Assembly (NCBI GenBank): GCA_963745235.1
Contig: CAVUXE010000053.1
Location: 298,404-362,403, forward strand
Direction: 5' to 3'
DNA from: an uncultured Spirochaetota bacterium
GTDB taxonomy: Bacteria > Spirochaetota > Spirochaetia > SZUA-6 > Fen-1364
DNA: 64,000 nucleotides
Shown: in pieces, positions 28,997 through 38,785 of the stretch
How the letters are laid out: each line of letters opens with the position of its first letter
Position numbering within the stretch: the stretch's first letter is position 1
Translations under genes and position numbers: made by a program
Notes under the pieces: model-generated
Told to the model about the DNA's origin: nothing
Seen by the model: the letters and a program-made list of their open reading frames with translations, nothing else
Database searches by the model: none

Positions 28997-30202
28997 ATGA
29001 GGAAGGCTTTCGTGGCTGTCGCATGCTTTGCGCTGCTTGCAGTCGCAGCGTTCGGGCAGGGCGTCATCAAGCTGGGTGCCAACTGGCCCCTTGCTGACGT
29101 GAGCGGTCTGGAGTGCTCCAAGGCAGCCCAGCTTGCGGTAGATGAGATCAACAAGGCCGGGGGCGTCCTGGGAAAGCAGCTCCAGCTGGTGGTGGTGGAT
29201 GACGAGGGGAAGGGAGACAAGGGCGTGGCCGCCATAGAGAAGCTCGTCACCGTGGACAAGGTGGACGTCCTGCTGGGCGGGATTGCTTCCGGCGTCGCCG
29301 TGGCCCAGGTCCCGACACTGAAGAAGTACCAGATGGTCACTGTCGCCACAGGGGCGGCTGCAAGCGCAAGCGTGGAAAAAGCCCTTGGACCGAGCCCCGG
29401 CTCCGACTGGTATTTCCATCTCCATCCGTGGGACTACGACCAGGGCCAGAGCTACTATGAGGGCTGGGACGCCATCCAGAAGAAGTACCCGAACGTGGTC
29501 ATCAGGAGGATCTTTCTTGCCTACGAGGAGGGAGCTTTCGGAAAGTCGTCCTTCGATGCTTCCAAGGCCCTGTTCGGCTCCCGCTACACCTTTGACGGCG
29601 CTTCGTTCAAGAGCGCCCTCCAGGGCGGCTCGGACTATTCCTCCGTGCTGGAGGCGGCCAAGGATTTCAATCCGGACCTGTTCCTCTGGGCCGGTTACGC
29701 GCAGGATGCGCTGCCCCTCCTGGAGCAGTCCAAGGCAATGAAGTTCTCCCCGCCCATCTACCTCGGGGCTCCTCCCGCATGGCCCGTTGACATGGGGAAG
29801 TCTCCCCTTGCGGAAGACATCATGCTGTACGGCATGTGGGCGCCATCGATCAATGACATCAGCCCGGCGAGCAGGAAGTTCTACGACGCCTACGTTGCCG
29901 CAACCGGCTCCGCGCCGACAAGCTACTTCGCCGCCCTCTCCTACAGCGCTGTCTACATCATCGCTGACGCGGTGAAGCGCGCCGGTGGAACAGACGCGGC
30001 CAGGCTCATTCCCGCGCTGGAAAAAACGAGGTATGTGTCTCCCCTCGGTCAGACAATCACTTTCACGCCCTCGAACATCATCAAGCACCAGGGCATCAAG
30101 AACCAGAAGATCCTCCAATGGCAGGACGGCCGCCAGGAAGTGATCTGGCCGTTCGAAGTCCAGTCCCGGGCCCTCGTGTATCCCCTTCCCCCGTGGAAGT
30201 AG
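28997..30202 (+). CDS. LIV-type (HAAT) ABC substrate-binding protein
   Basis: Signal peptide; AVDEINKAGGVLGKQLQLVVVDD. Confidence 0.9.
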   Translation: MRKAFVAVACFALLAVAAFGQGVIKLGANWPLADVSGLECSKAAQLAVDEINKAGGVLGKQLQLVVVDDEGKGDKGVAAIEKLVTVDKVDVLLGGIASGVAVAQVPTLKKYQMVTVATGAAASASVEKALGPSPGSDWYFHLHPWDYDQGQSYYEGWDAIQKKYPNVVIRRIFLAYEEGAFGKSSFDASKALFGSRYTFDGASFKSALQGGSDYSSVLEAAKDFNPDLFLWAGYAQDALPLLEQSKAMKFSPPIYLGAPPAWPVDMGKSPLAEDIMLYGMWAPSINDISPASRKFYDAYVAATGSAPTSYFAALSYSAVYIIADAVKRAGGTDAARLIPALEKTRYVSPLGQTITFTPSNIIKHQGIKNQKILQWQDGRQEVIWPFEVQSRALVYPLPPWK

Positions 30203-30203
30203 C

Positions 30204-31160
30204 ATGAGGATCGTTGTGACCCGGCCGCGCGTCGGGCCGGGTCGGATGTGGCAGGTCGTCCTCTGGACCGCCCTTGCGGCGGCGGGGACGGCCGCCGTCC
30301 TTCTGTGGAAGCCGACAGCCCTCGTGTACGGCGTTCAGCGCGCCGGCCTCTACGCGGCGGTTGCCATTCCCATGGCCCTCGTCCTCGGCATCGTCCACAT
30401 CGTCAACCTCGCCCACGGAGAGCTCATGATGGTGGCCGCCTACCTTGCCTACTTTGCCGCCCGTCTCCTCGGCCTGGACCCCTTCGTGGCCCTTGTTCCC
30501 GTGGCTCTCGTCATGGCTGTCCTGGGCCTCCTGCTGTACCAGGTTACCATCAGGCATTCCCTCAAAGCGCCGGAGCTCAACCAGCTGATCCTCACGTTCG
30601 GGCTCGGGATTGCCCTGAGCCAGATGGTGAACCTCCTGTTCACCTCGCAGTCGTGGAAGCTCTCCCTGGACTATGTGTCGGCTTCCGCGACCGTCGGAAA
30701 CATCAGCTTCGGAGTGTTCGACTTCGTCTATGCAGGCGCCGCCATCGCGATCGCGCTGGGGCTGCGGCTTTTCCTGACCCGCACGCGTCTCGGGAAAGCC
30801 GCCCTCGCGGTGGGCCAGAATCCGCGTGGGGCGGCAATCGTCGGGATCGATGTCGGCAGGACCTATGCATTCGTTTTTGCCCTGGCCGTAGGCTTGATCG
30901 GCGCCGTGGGCTCGATCTTCCTCGCGAAGCAGGCGATTTTCCCCCTGGTGGGCGGCCCGTACACCATGAAGTCCTTCTGCCTCGTGGCCATGGCGGGGGT
31001 GGGCAACATCGTCGGCATCCTTTACTGCAGCCTGGCCCTGGGGCTGTCGGAAAGCATCATCAACAGCATCAGGGGCTACGCGGGATGGTCGAACGTGGTT
31101 TTCTTCGCGATCATCATCGTGACCATCCTGGTCCGCTCCTTCCGGGAGAGGAAAGCATGA
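30204..31160 (+). CDS. livH: HAAT ABC permease (LivH-like)
   Basis: IVNLAHGELMM, TRLGKA, GID motifs. Confidence 0.85.
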   Translation: MRIVVTRPRVGPGRMWQVVLWTALAAAGTAAVLLWKPTALVYGVQRAGLYAAVAIPMALVLGIVHIVNLAHGELMMVAAYLAYFAARLLGLDPFVALVPVALVMAVLGLLLYQVTIRHSLKAPELNQLILTFGLGIALSQMVNLLFTSQSWKLSLDYVSASATVGNISFGVFDFVYAGAAIAIALGLRLFLTRTRLGKAALAVGQNPRGAAIVGIDVGRTYAFVFALAVGLIGAVGSIFLAKQAIFPLVGGPYTMKSFCLVAMAGVGNIVGILYCSLALGLSESIINSIRGYAGWSNVVFFAIIIVTILVRSFRERKA

Positions 31161-32110
31161 CCCTTGCCGTCAGGCGGCTTCTCCCCCTCGCCGTTATTGC
31201 AGTCGCTGTCCTCTTTCCTTTCGTCTCCGGCCCCTACCCCCTTGCCGTCGCGCAGAGCATCCTCATTTACATGGCCCTGGCGGTGAGCTGGGACATGCTG
31301 CTGAGGTCGGGCCAGATCTCCTTCGGCATCGCCGGCTTTTTCGGCATTGGCGCGTATGCCTCCGCCATAACCACGCTCGCCGTCCGCGCATCGCCCGTCA
31401 TCTCCATCCTGCTTGCCGGGGCATGCTCCGCCGGAGTCGCGTTTGTCCTCGGCTTCGTCATCCTACGACTCAGGAAGGTGTATTTCGCCATCACGACGCT
31501 GGCGCTCGCGGAGATCTTTCGGGTGATCGTCCACAACTGGGGAGACTTCACCGGCGGTCCGGAAGGCCTTGTCCTTCCGTCCCTGATCTTCAAGGGAGAT
31601 TCGCGGGCCCTCTTCTGGATAGCCCTCGGCGGCGTGCTCCTTGCCTGCGGCTTGTCGGCGTGGTTTCAGCGCTCCCGGTTGAGGTTCGCCCTGACGGCAA
31701 TCCGCAACAACGAAGTGAGCGCGCGCTCAAGCGGGATCGACATATTCAAGTACCTGATGATTGCCTTCGTGACGTCCTCTTTCATCCAGGGGATTGTCGG
31801 CGGCATCCAGGTCCAGCTCTATGGCTACGCTTCGCCGGATTCCGTGTTCGACGCCAACTACACCCTGCTCCCCCTGGCGATGGCGTTGCTGGGGGGGATC
31901 TACAGCACGCCCGGTCCGGTGCTTGGCGCTGTCCTTCTGGGCGTTGCCGCGGAGTACCTCAAGCTGAAGATCCCGTACGGGCACCTCGTCGTGTACGGGA
32001 TCATCATCGTCCTGGTCATTCTTCTTCTGCCGGATGGGCTCTACGGCCAGTACCGCAGAAGCGTCAGGGACAGGGCCCGCACGGCGCGCGGCGGAACGGC
32101 CCATGCCTGA
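31157..32110 (+). CDS. livM: HAAT ABC permease (LivM-like)
   Basis: GQISFG, YFAITTLA, TGGPEG, AIRNNE; ATG 31157 overlaps the livH stop. Confidence 0.85.
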   Translation: MTLAVRRLLPLAVIAVAVLFPFVSGPYPLAVAQSILIYMALAVSWDMLLRSGQISFGIAGFFGIGAYASAITTLAVRASPVISILLAGACSAGVAFVLGFVILRLRKVYFAITTLALAEIFRVIVHNWGDFTGGPEGLVLPSLIFKGDSRALFWIALGGVLLACGLSAWFQRSRLRFALTAIRNNEVSARSSGIDIFKYLMIAFVTSSFIQGIVGGIQVQLYGYASPDSVFDANYTLLPLAMALLGGIYSTPGPVLGAVLLGVAAEYLKLKIPYGHLVVYGIIIVLVILLLPDGLYGQYRRSVRDRARTARGGTAHA

Positions 32111-32822
32111 CCTCCAGACCTTCGGGCTGACCCGGCATTTCGGGGGACTTGTCGCGGTCAACAACGTTTCCTTCACCCTCGATTGCGGGGAGATACTGGG
32201 GGTCATCGGGCCAAACGGCGCGGGGAAGACCACGTTCATCAACCTCGTGTCAGGCGTCTATGCGCCGTCGAGCGGGCGCATCCACTTCCAAGGGCGGGAT
32301 ATCACGGGCCTGCCGGCCCACAAGCGCGCGCAGATGGGCATTTCCCGAACATTTCAGATCATTCACCCCCTGGAGAACCTCGACGTGCTGGAAAACGTGA
32401 TGCTGGGGTTCATCTTCAGCCGGCGCATGGGACTGAGAGAGGCGCGACGATCCGCGGAGACGTTGTGCGGCTCTCTCGGACTGGGAGACCTGTCCCGGGA
32501 TGTCTCCCAGATCACGATGCTGGAAACCAAGAAGATGGAGATTGCCCATGCCCTCGCAAGCGGGCCTTCCATCCTGTTCCTGGACGAGGTCATGGCCGGG
32601 CTCAACGTCGACGAAACCAGGGAGATCGTCCAGCTGGTCCAGAGGGTGACGAGAGAGCACAACATCGGAGTGGGTGTCGTGGAGCACGTCATGAGCGTGA
32701 TCCGGGACCTGACTCACCGCGTGATCGTCCTGGAGGCTGGAGAGATCATTGCCGCCGGACCCTACGAGGAGGTTGCGAAGAATCCGAGGGTCATCGCTGC
32801 CTACCTGGGAGGGGCCGCATAG
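32103..32822 (+). CDS. livG: HAAT ABC ATPase (LivG-like)
   Basis: FGGLVAV, GPNGAGKTT, LFLDE, AYLG. Confidence 0.9.
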   Translation: MPDLQTFGLTRHFGGLVAVNNVSFTLDCGEILGVIGPNGAGKTTFINLVSGVYAPSSGRIHFQGRDITGLPAHKRAQMGISRTFQIIHPLENLDVLENVMLGFIFSRRMGLREARRSAETLCGSLGLGDLSRDVSQITMLETKKMEIAHALASGPSILFLDEVMAGLNVDETREIVQLVQRVTREHNIGVGVVEHVMSVIRDLTHRVIVLEAGEIIAAGPYEEVAKNPRVIAAYLGGAA

Positions 32823-33746
32823 ATGCTCCAGATCAGGGATTTGGAGGTCAGCTATGGGAGGATCCCCGTCCTGCGGGGCGTGAGCCTGACAGTCGGCAAC
32901 GAATCCGTCGGGTTGTTCGGACCGAACGGGGCAGGGAAAACCACGCTGATCAACGCGATCATGGGCTTTCTCCGTCCGCGGGCCGGCACAGCCACGGTGG
33001 ATGGTCAGGACCTCACGGCGCTGCGCACGCACCAGATTGCCAGGGCAGGGATCGCTCTTGTGCCGCAGGAGCGCGAGCTTTTCCCCGGCATGTCCGTTGG
33101 AGACAACCTGGAGCTCGGCGCTGTCTACATCCCTCGCGCGCGGGCCGTCATGGAGAAGCAGAGGGAAACCGTGCTCGGGCTGTTTCCCGTTCTGCGGGAG
33201 CGCTACAGGCAGCTTGCAGGGACCCTGTCCGGAGGGCAGCAGCGAATGGTCGCCATTGGCCGGGCGCTCATGGCGAATCCGAGGCTTCTCATCCTGGACG
33301 AGCCGTCTCTTGGTCTCCAGCCGTCAATCGTGTCAGAGGTCTTCGAGAAGCTCGCGCAGCTCAAGGCAACGGTCTCCATCCTCGTCACTGAGCAGAACGT
33401 CAGGGAAAGCCTGCGGGCCGTGGACCGCGGGTATGTGCTGGAGAACGGGTCAATAGCCCTCCAGGACAGCGCGGAGGGATTGTCGAACAACCCGCACGTG
33501 ATCGCGTCATACCTGGGGATCTGGCAATGCCGAGCAACGGGACCACGAAGGGCGTCGTCGAAGCCGGGGGAGCGCGCATCTCGTACGGGGGGCGCGGCAC
33601 GGGTGTTCCGGTTGTGCTCATACACGGAAACACCGGCTCGAGCAGGTGGTTCCAGCGGGTCATGGACGTGCCTGGCTGCAGGACGATTGCCCTCGACATG
33701 CCGAACTTCGGACACTCGGGTCCACTGCCTCACGAGCCCTCCATAG
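32823..33746 (+). CDS. livF: HAAT ABC ATPase (LivF-like); natural end probably at ~33524
   Basis: GPNGAGKTT, LSGGQQRM, ILDEPSLGL. The conserved end SYLGI is followed by TGG (33522-33524) where a stop is expected; read-through overlaps the next gene by 220 nt. Confidence 0.85.
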   Translation: MLQIRDLEVSYGRIPVLRGVSLTVGNESVGLFGPNGAGKTTLINAIMGFLRPRAGTATVDGQDLTALRTHQIARAGIALVPQERELFPGMSVGDNLELGAVYIPRARAVMEKQRETVLGLFPVLRERYRQLAGTLSGGQQRMVAIGRALMANPRLLILDEPSLGLQPSIVSEVFEKLAQLKATVSILVTEQNVRESLRAVDRGYVLENGSIALQDSAEGLSNNPHVIASYLGIWQCRATGPRRASSKPGERASRTGGAARVFRLCSYTETPARAGGSSGSWTCLAAGRLPSTCRTSDTRVHCLTSPP

Positions 33747-34327
33747 ACCGCTACGCAGACGCCGTGACGGCTTTCCTCAGCGCGCTGGGGATAGACAGGC
33801 CGGTCCTGGTGGGGCATTCCCTCGGAGGGGCGGTGACCATCTCCCTTGCCGTTCGCGGTCCGACGCTTTTCCGCGGGCTCATGCTGGTGGATTCCGCCGC
33901 GCCCTCCGGCCTGGCGACGCCTGAAGCTCGCTATCCCTTCATCGAATCGATGCGGACCAACCGCGAGATTCTGGCAGCGGCGCTTTCCGCGGTGGCGCCG
34001 ACCCTGAAAGACCAGGGCTTCTTCGCCGCCCTCGTGGATGACGCAACGCTGATGGCTGCCCCCGCCTGGATCGGGAACGCCCGCGCCCTGAGCCTCTTCG
34101 ACTATCGGGGCAGGTGCGGCGCCTTCACCGCTCCCGTGCTGGTGGTGTGGGGGCGAAAGGATGTGATCGTCACGGAAGCCATGGCCCGGGAAACGGCCCA
34201 GGCCTTCCCGAACGCCCGGCTCCTGGTACTGGAAGGGGTGGGCCATTCCGTGGTGGCGGAGGATCCTCCCTGCTTCGTGAGCCTCCTGTCGGATTTCGTA
34301 TCCGGATTGGGAAAGGATGACGCATGA
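33527..34327 (+). CDS. Alpha/beta hydrolase (esterase/depolymerase-like)
   Basis: LIHGNTGSS oxyanion loop, GHSLGG nucleophile, WGRKD, GH. Confidence 0.88.
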   Translation: MPSNGTTKGVVEAGGARISYGGRGTGVPVVLIHGNTGSSRWFQRVMDVPGCRTIALDMPNFGHSGPLPHEPSIDRYADAVTAFLSALGIDRPVLVGHSLGGAVTISLAVRGPTLFRGLMLVDSAAPSGLATPEARYPFIESMRTNREILAAALSAVAPTLKDQGFFAALVDDATLMAAPAWIGNARALSLFDYRGRCGAFTAPVLVVWGRKDVIVTEAMARETAQAFPNARLLVLEGVGHSVVAEDPPCFVSLLSDFVSGLGKDDA

Positions 34328-35587
34328 GCCGTGTCAGCATTATCGGAGCGTACAACACGAAGTTCGGCAGCTTCGTGAGGCGAAACAAGGAGACGGGAGA
34401 AGTGGCTGACCTGGCTTCCCTCTACGACCTGATGATGGAGGCCGGGCGGGGCGCGCTGAAAGATGCGGGGGTCTCAGGCAAGGACGTGGACGGTGTGTGG
34501 GTCGGCAGCTGCGCGCCAGGGCTGTTCGCCAACCAGGAGCACGTTGCCGCTATCGCGCCCGAGATCGATCCCGAGGGGCTTCGTTTCAAGCCAATGACGC
34601 GCTGTGAAGACGCCTGCGCGTCGGGCTCGGTGGCCCTCTACAACGCGGTGTACGCCGTGGAATCAGGCCGGGCGCGGATTGCCCTGGTGCTCGGCGTGGA
34701 AAAGATGAACCTCCTCGATACCCGGGGCGTCACGCACGCTCTGGCTACCTGCTCATACTGGCCCGAGGAAGGCGCCCGGGCAGTCACGTTCCCTTGCCTC
34801 TTCGCGGAGTACGCAAAGGGCTATGCCGCCCGCCACGGGCTTTCAGGGGATCTTCTCAGGCGCATGCTCGCCTCCGTCACGGCCCTCGCGTATCGCAACG
34901 GACTGGACAACCCCCTGGCCCATTTCGGGAGGGGAGGCCCGTCGGAGAAGATGCAGCTGCTGACCGCGCAGTCCGTGCTGGACCTTCCCGAGGAGAGGAA
35001 CCCCGTGATTGCCGAGCCTCTCCGGCTGCACGATTGCTCCCTCATATCCGACGGCGCTGCCGCCGTTGTGATCATGGAGAGCCGGGCAGCCGCGCGCCGG
35101 GGACGCGCGGCAGTGGAGATCTCCGGCATAGGGCACGTCAACGAGCGCATTGCGCTCTCCGCGCGGGAAGGCATGCACGAGCTGACCGCGGGCAAAGAGG
35201 CGGCGCGCCGCGCGTTCGCGGAGGCCGGCGTCGGCATCTCGGACGTGCAGATTGCCGAGGTCCATGACTGCTTCACGATCAACCAGCTCCTGTGCACCGA
35301 GGCGCTCGGCCTGTCAGCGGACGGCCGCGCGGGTTACGACTACATGGAGGGCAGGTTCGGCAGAGAGGACGCGGAATGCTGCGTCAATCTCTCCGGCGGC
35401 CTGAAGGCGAAAGGGCATCCGGTGGGAGCCACCGGCGTCTCCATGCACGCCCTTGTCTACCGGCAGCTCATCGGGACAGCCTGCCGGGGCCGCTCCCGGC
35501 CGGGGGCAGCCGGAGATCGGCGTGACCTTCAATGTCGGCGGATCAGGCGTCACCAACTGCGTCTCAGTCCTGCGAAGACGAAGGTAG
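34324..35587 (+). CDS. SCP2-type thiolase, frameshift near 35480
   Basis: EDACASG, EVHDCFT, KGHPVGATG. The C-terminus FNVGGSGVTNCVSVL ends at TAG 35585-35587 in the shifted frame. Confidence 0.88.
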
Positions 35588-35606
35588 GGGCTCTCAAGGC
35601 AGGGGC

Positions 35607-36446
35607 TCAGTAGTACTCGATTGACCTGTACTCGACTTCAACGGCCGTGTACGGTCCCTTGCCCTGGAGCTCCTTGGTCACTTTTCTGATCCAATTCCCC
35701 GCCGCGTCCAGTGAGTACTCATACTGGCGTTTCCACACGAGAGCTCCGTCCGCGGAGTATTTCTCTGCCTCTGTTTCGTTGCCCTGGGAGTCGTAGGTCG
35801 ATCTGCGCTCGAGAACATTCGTTGCCCCGTATTGCTCGGAAACCCTCAGCCTGCCCTCACTGTCATACGTGTAGGCGCTGTCCTCCGAGATTGCAGCGTT
35901 GGAGTCGTACGCTATCCACTCCCGGGGGTGCCCGTTGCTGTCATAACTGTAGACCCATTTGCCGAGTGACGAGCCATCCGAGGCGAAGTGCTCTATTTCG
36001 ATGTTCCTGCCCCGCGCATCGTATCCGTACACGGATTGTTCCTGGAGGGAACCGTCAGGGCCATACGTCGCGGACGTTGATTTCACGCCGGCAGCCGAAT
36101 AGGTGTACACCAGCTTCAGGGACGTCTGCCCGTCCGCAAGCCTGCACTCGGTGGAGGTCCTTTTTCCCGGGCTGTCGTAGGCGAAATGGAAGGTCCACAG
36201 GGGCAATCCGCTCGAGCTGAAATGCAGCTCTTCGGTCTTTTCTCCCGCAGGGGTGTACCAGGCCGTCTGGACCGGCCGCCTCCTGGCTTCCGACGCTGCA
36301 CCGGCTTTCTGCAGCACCTCCGCTCTCTCCACGGCCACGCTTTTCACCTTGCCCTGCAAGCCGTCTTCCTCCCAGCTGCTTGGCTGGGGGAAGACGAGGG
36401 CGGCCGCTGCGAGGCCAATGACAGTCACGAAGATGGTGGTCTTCAT
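35607..36446 (-). CDS. Exported YD-repeat protein
   Basis: Signal peptide, LQGKVKSV, about eight ~26-aa repeats (YxYDxxG...DG), C-terminal GNW...RSIEYY. Confidence 0.8.
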   Translation of the reverse strand: MKTTIFVTVIGLAAAALVFPQPSSWEEDGLQGKVKSVAVERAEVLQKAGAASEARRRPVQTAWYTPAGEKTEELHFSSSGLPLWTFHFAYDSPGKRTSTECRLADGQTSLKLVYTYSAAGVKSTSATYGPDGSLQEQSVYGYDARGRNIEIEHFASDGSSLGKWVYSYDSNGHPREWIAYDSNAAISEDSAYTYDSEGRLRVSEQYGATNVLERRSTYDSQGNETEAEKYSADGALVWKRQYEYSLDAAGNWIRKVTKELQGKGPYTAVEVEYRSIEYY

Positions 36447-36582
36447 CTGGACCTGTTGTTCGAGCAGATCATAGTATCAATTTCTTCACAAGGCAAAGGC
36501 GGTGGAAAGCCCGCAGGAACCGGGCGGGAAGGCGTGCCGTGTTGAAAGCGCGGCGTGCAAGCGCCGGCGTGAAAGCGTGGCG

Positions 36583-36637
36583 TTGACAACGGGCGGGGCC
36601 GCGGATAGAGTCCGGGAGCATATCATCATAACGATAT
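36583..36637 (+). promoter_or_regulatory. Sigma70 promoter with a downstream palindromic operator
   Basis: TTGACA-N17-TAGAGT at 36583-36611; near-palindrome ATATCATCATAACGATAT at 36620-36637. Confidence 0.65.
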
Positions 36638-36698
36638 ATCAATCTCTGGTGGAATGCGGGCAGCGGTCACGGGAAAACGGTGACCGACAGGGGGCGGT

Positions 36699-37845
36699 AT
36701 GACGAGGATTCCCGTCGGGGTCATTGGACTGGGTTTCATTGGTCCGGCACACGTGGAGGCCCTGCGGAGGCTCCCCAACGCGGAGGTCGTGGCCATTGCC
36801 CGGCTCGGATGAGGCCTCGGCCAGGGCGAAGGCGGAAGCTCTTGGAGTGGCCAGGGCATACGGTGACTACCGGAAGCTTCTGGCATCGGACGACATCAGC
36901 GTGGTGCATGTCTGCACGCCGAACCACCTGCACTTCGAGATGTCGAAGCAGGCGCTGAACGCGGGCAAGCACGTCGTTTGCGAAAAGCCGCTCGCCGTGG
37001 AGTCCCGGGAAGCCGCGGAGCTGGCGGAGCTCGCGGCGAAGAAGAACCTCGTCAACGCCGTGCACTTCAATGTCCGCTACTACCCCCTCATGCGCCAGGT
37101 GAAGCTGATGGCGGAGAAGGGGGAGATCGGGGACATTTTCTCCGTGCACGGCAGCTACCTGCAGGACTGGCTGTTCTACGCGACGGACTACAACTGGCGC
37201 CTGGAGCCGAAGCTTTCCGGGAAGTCGCGCGCCGTGGCGGACATCGGATCGCACTGGATGGACCTGATCGAGCACATCTCGGGCCTGCGCATCGCCGAGG
37301 TGTTCGCTGATTTCGCGACGTTTCACACGACCCGCAAGAAGCCCCTGAAGCCGGTGGAGACGTATGCCGGCAAGATCCTCACGCCGGCAGACTACTCCGA
37401 CATGCCTGTCACGACGGAAGACTACGCGACTCTCCTCTTCCGCTTCGAAGGAGGCGCCCATGGAGCCCTCACGGTGAGCCAGGTGTCGGCGGGGAGGAAG
37501 AACAGGATTTCCTTTGAGATCGACGGGTCCCGCAGGGCGGTTGCCTGGGAATCCGAGAGTCCGAACAGCATCTGGATCGGTCGACGTGACGGGAACAATG
37601 AAGTGCTGATGAAGGACCCGTCGCTCGTGTATCCCGAGGTGCGGTCTCTCATCAGCTTCCCGGGCGGCCACAACGAGGCGTTCCCGGACACATCCAAGCA
37701 GCTGTTCCGGGAGGTCTATGACTTCCTGGCGGCCGGGGCAAAGGGAAGGCCGACATTCCCGACCTTCGCGGACGGTCTGCGCGAGCTCATCCTCTGTGAG
37801 AAAGCTCTCGCCAGCAAGGATACGGGCGCCTGGGTGCGCGTGTGA
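36699..37845 (+). CDS. Gfo/Idh/MocA oxidoreductase, frameshift near 36800
   Basis: ATG 36699 gives [22 protein letters not shown], continuing into CTPNHLH, VCEKPL and DIGSHWMD in ORF 36724..37845. Confidence 0.88.
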
Positions 37846-37861
37846 GAAAGGAGCAGGTTCC

Positions 37862-38782
37862 ATGATGAAGCTGGGTTTCGTGAGCGCCATCCTTCCCGAG
37901 CTGAGCTTCGAGGAAGTCGTCACCTTCGCGGCGAATGAAGGTTTCTCCTGCGTGGAGCTGATGTGCTGGCCGCACGGAAAGGCGGAGAGGCGGTATGCGG
38001 GGGTGACGCACGTGGACGTTGACGCCCTGGGGGCATCGGAGGCGGCCCGCATGCGGGCGTACCTCGCGGAGAAAAAGGTCTCGATCTCGGGGCTGGGCTA
38101 CTATCCCAACCCGCTGGATCCGGACGAAAAGGCCGCGGCGTACTATCGCGAACACCTGAAGAAAGTGATCACGGCGGCCGCCCGTCTTGGCGTGGATGTC
38201 GTGAATACGTTCATTGGCCGGGATCCCGCACGGCCGCTTGAAGAGAACTTCCGGAAGTTCACTTCGGTGTGGCCGGAGCTCGTGCGCTTCGCGGAAACGC
38301 AGAAGGTGAGGATTGCCATAGAGAACTGCCCCATGCTTTTCACCAGCGATGAGTGGCCGGGGGGCAAGAATCTTGCGATCTCGCCGGCCGTCTGGAGACG
38401 GATGTTCTCCGAGATTCCGTCGAAGAGCTTCGGCCTCAACCTGGACCCATCCCATCTCCTGTGGCAGCAGGTCGACTACGTGAAGCCGATCTATGAGTTT
38501 GCAGAGCGCATCTTCCACGTGCATGTGAAGGATGCCAAGGTCCGTCGGGACAAGCTTGACGAGGTCGGCATCCTCGCCACCCCGCTGGAGTTCCACGCGC
38601 CCAAGCTCCCCGGCCTCGGGGAAGTGGCGTGGGGAAAGTTCATCTCCGCCCTGACCGATATCGGCTTCCGGGGCGGCGCCTGCATCGAGGTGGAGGACCG
38701 CTCCTTCGAGGACAGCCTTGACAACCGCAAGGCGGCGCTCACGTTGAGCGGGCGATACATGAGGCAGTTCGTGGCAGGATAG
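37862..38782 (+). CDS. Sugar phosphate isomerase/epimerase (xylose-isomerase-like TIM barrel)
   Basis: IAIENCP, NLDPSH, FHVHVKD, IEVED metal motifs. Confidence 0.88.
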   Translation: MMKLGFVSAILPELSFEEVVTFAANEGFSCVELMCWPHGKAERRYAGVTHVDVDALGASEAARMRAYLAEKKVSISGLGYYPNPLDPDEKAAAYYREHLKKVITAAARLGVDVVNTFIGRDPARPLEENFRKFTSVWPELVRFAETQKVRIAIENCPMLFTSDEWPGGKNLAISPAVWRRMFSEIPSKSFGLNLDPSHLLWQQVDYVKPIYEFAERIFHVHVKDAKVRRDKLDEVGILATPLEFHAPKLPGLGEVAWGKFISALTDIGFRGGACIEVEDRSFEDSLDNRKAALTLSGRYMRQFVAG

Positions 38783-38785
38783 CCG

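Noticed and set aside
33522-33746. C-terminal extension of LivF
   Set aside because: TGG sits where a stop follows the conserved YLG end, and the extension overlaps the hydrolase gene. A lost stop or base error is more likely than a new domain.
23551-35587. Standard FAS II operon, PHA synthesis or PKS cluster
   Set aside because: No ACP, FabD, FabF, FabZ, PhaC or PKS modules, and it contains an importer.
35607-36446. Rhs polymorphic toxin
   Set aside because: Too short; no Rhs core motif, toxin domain or immunity gene.
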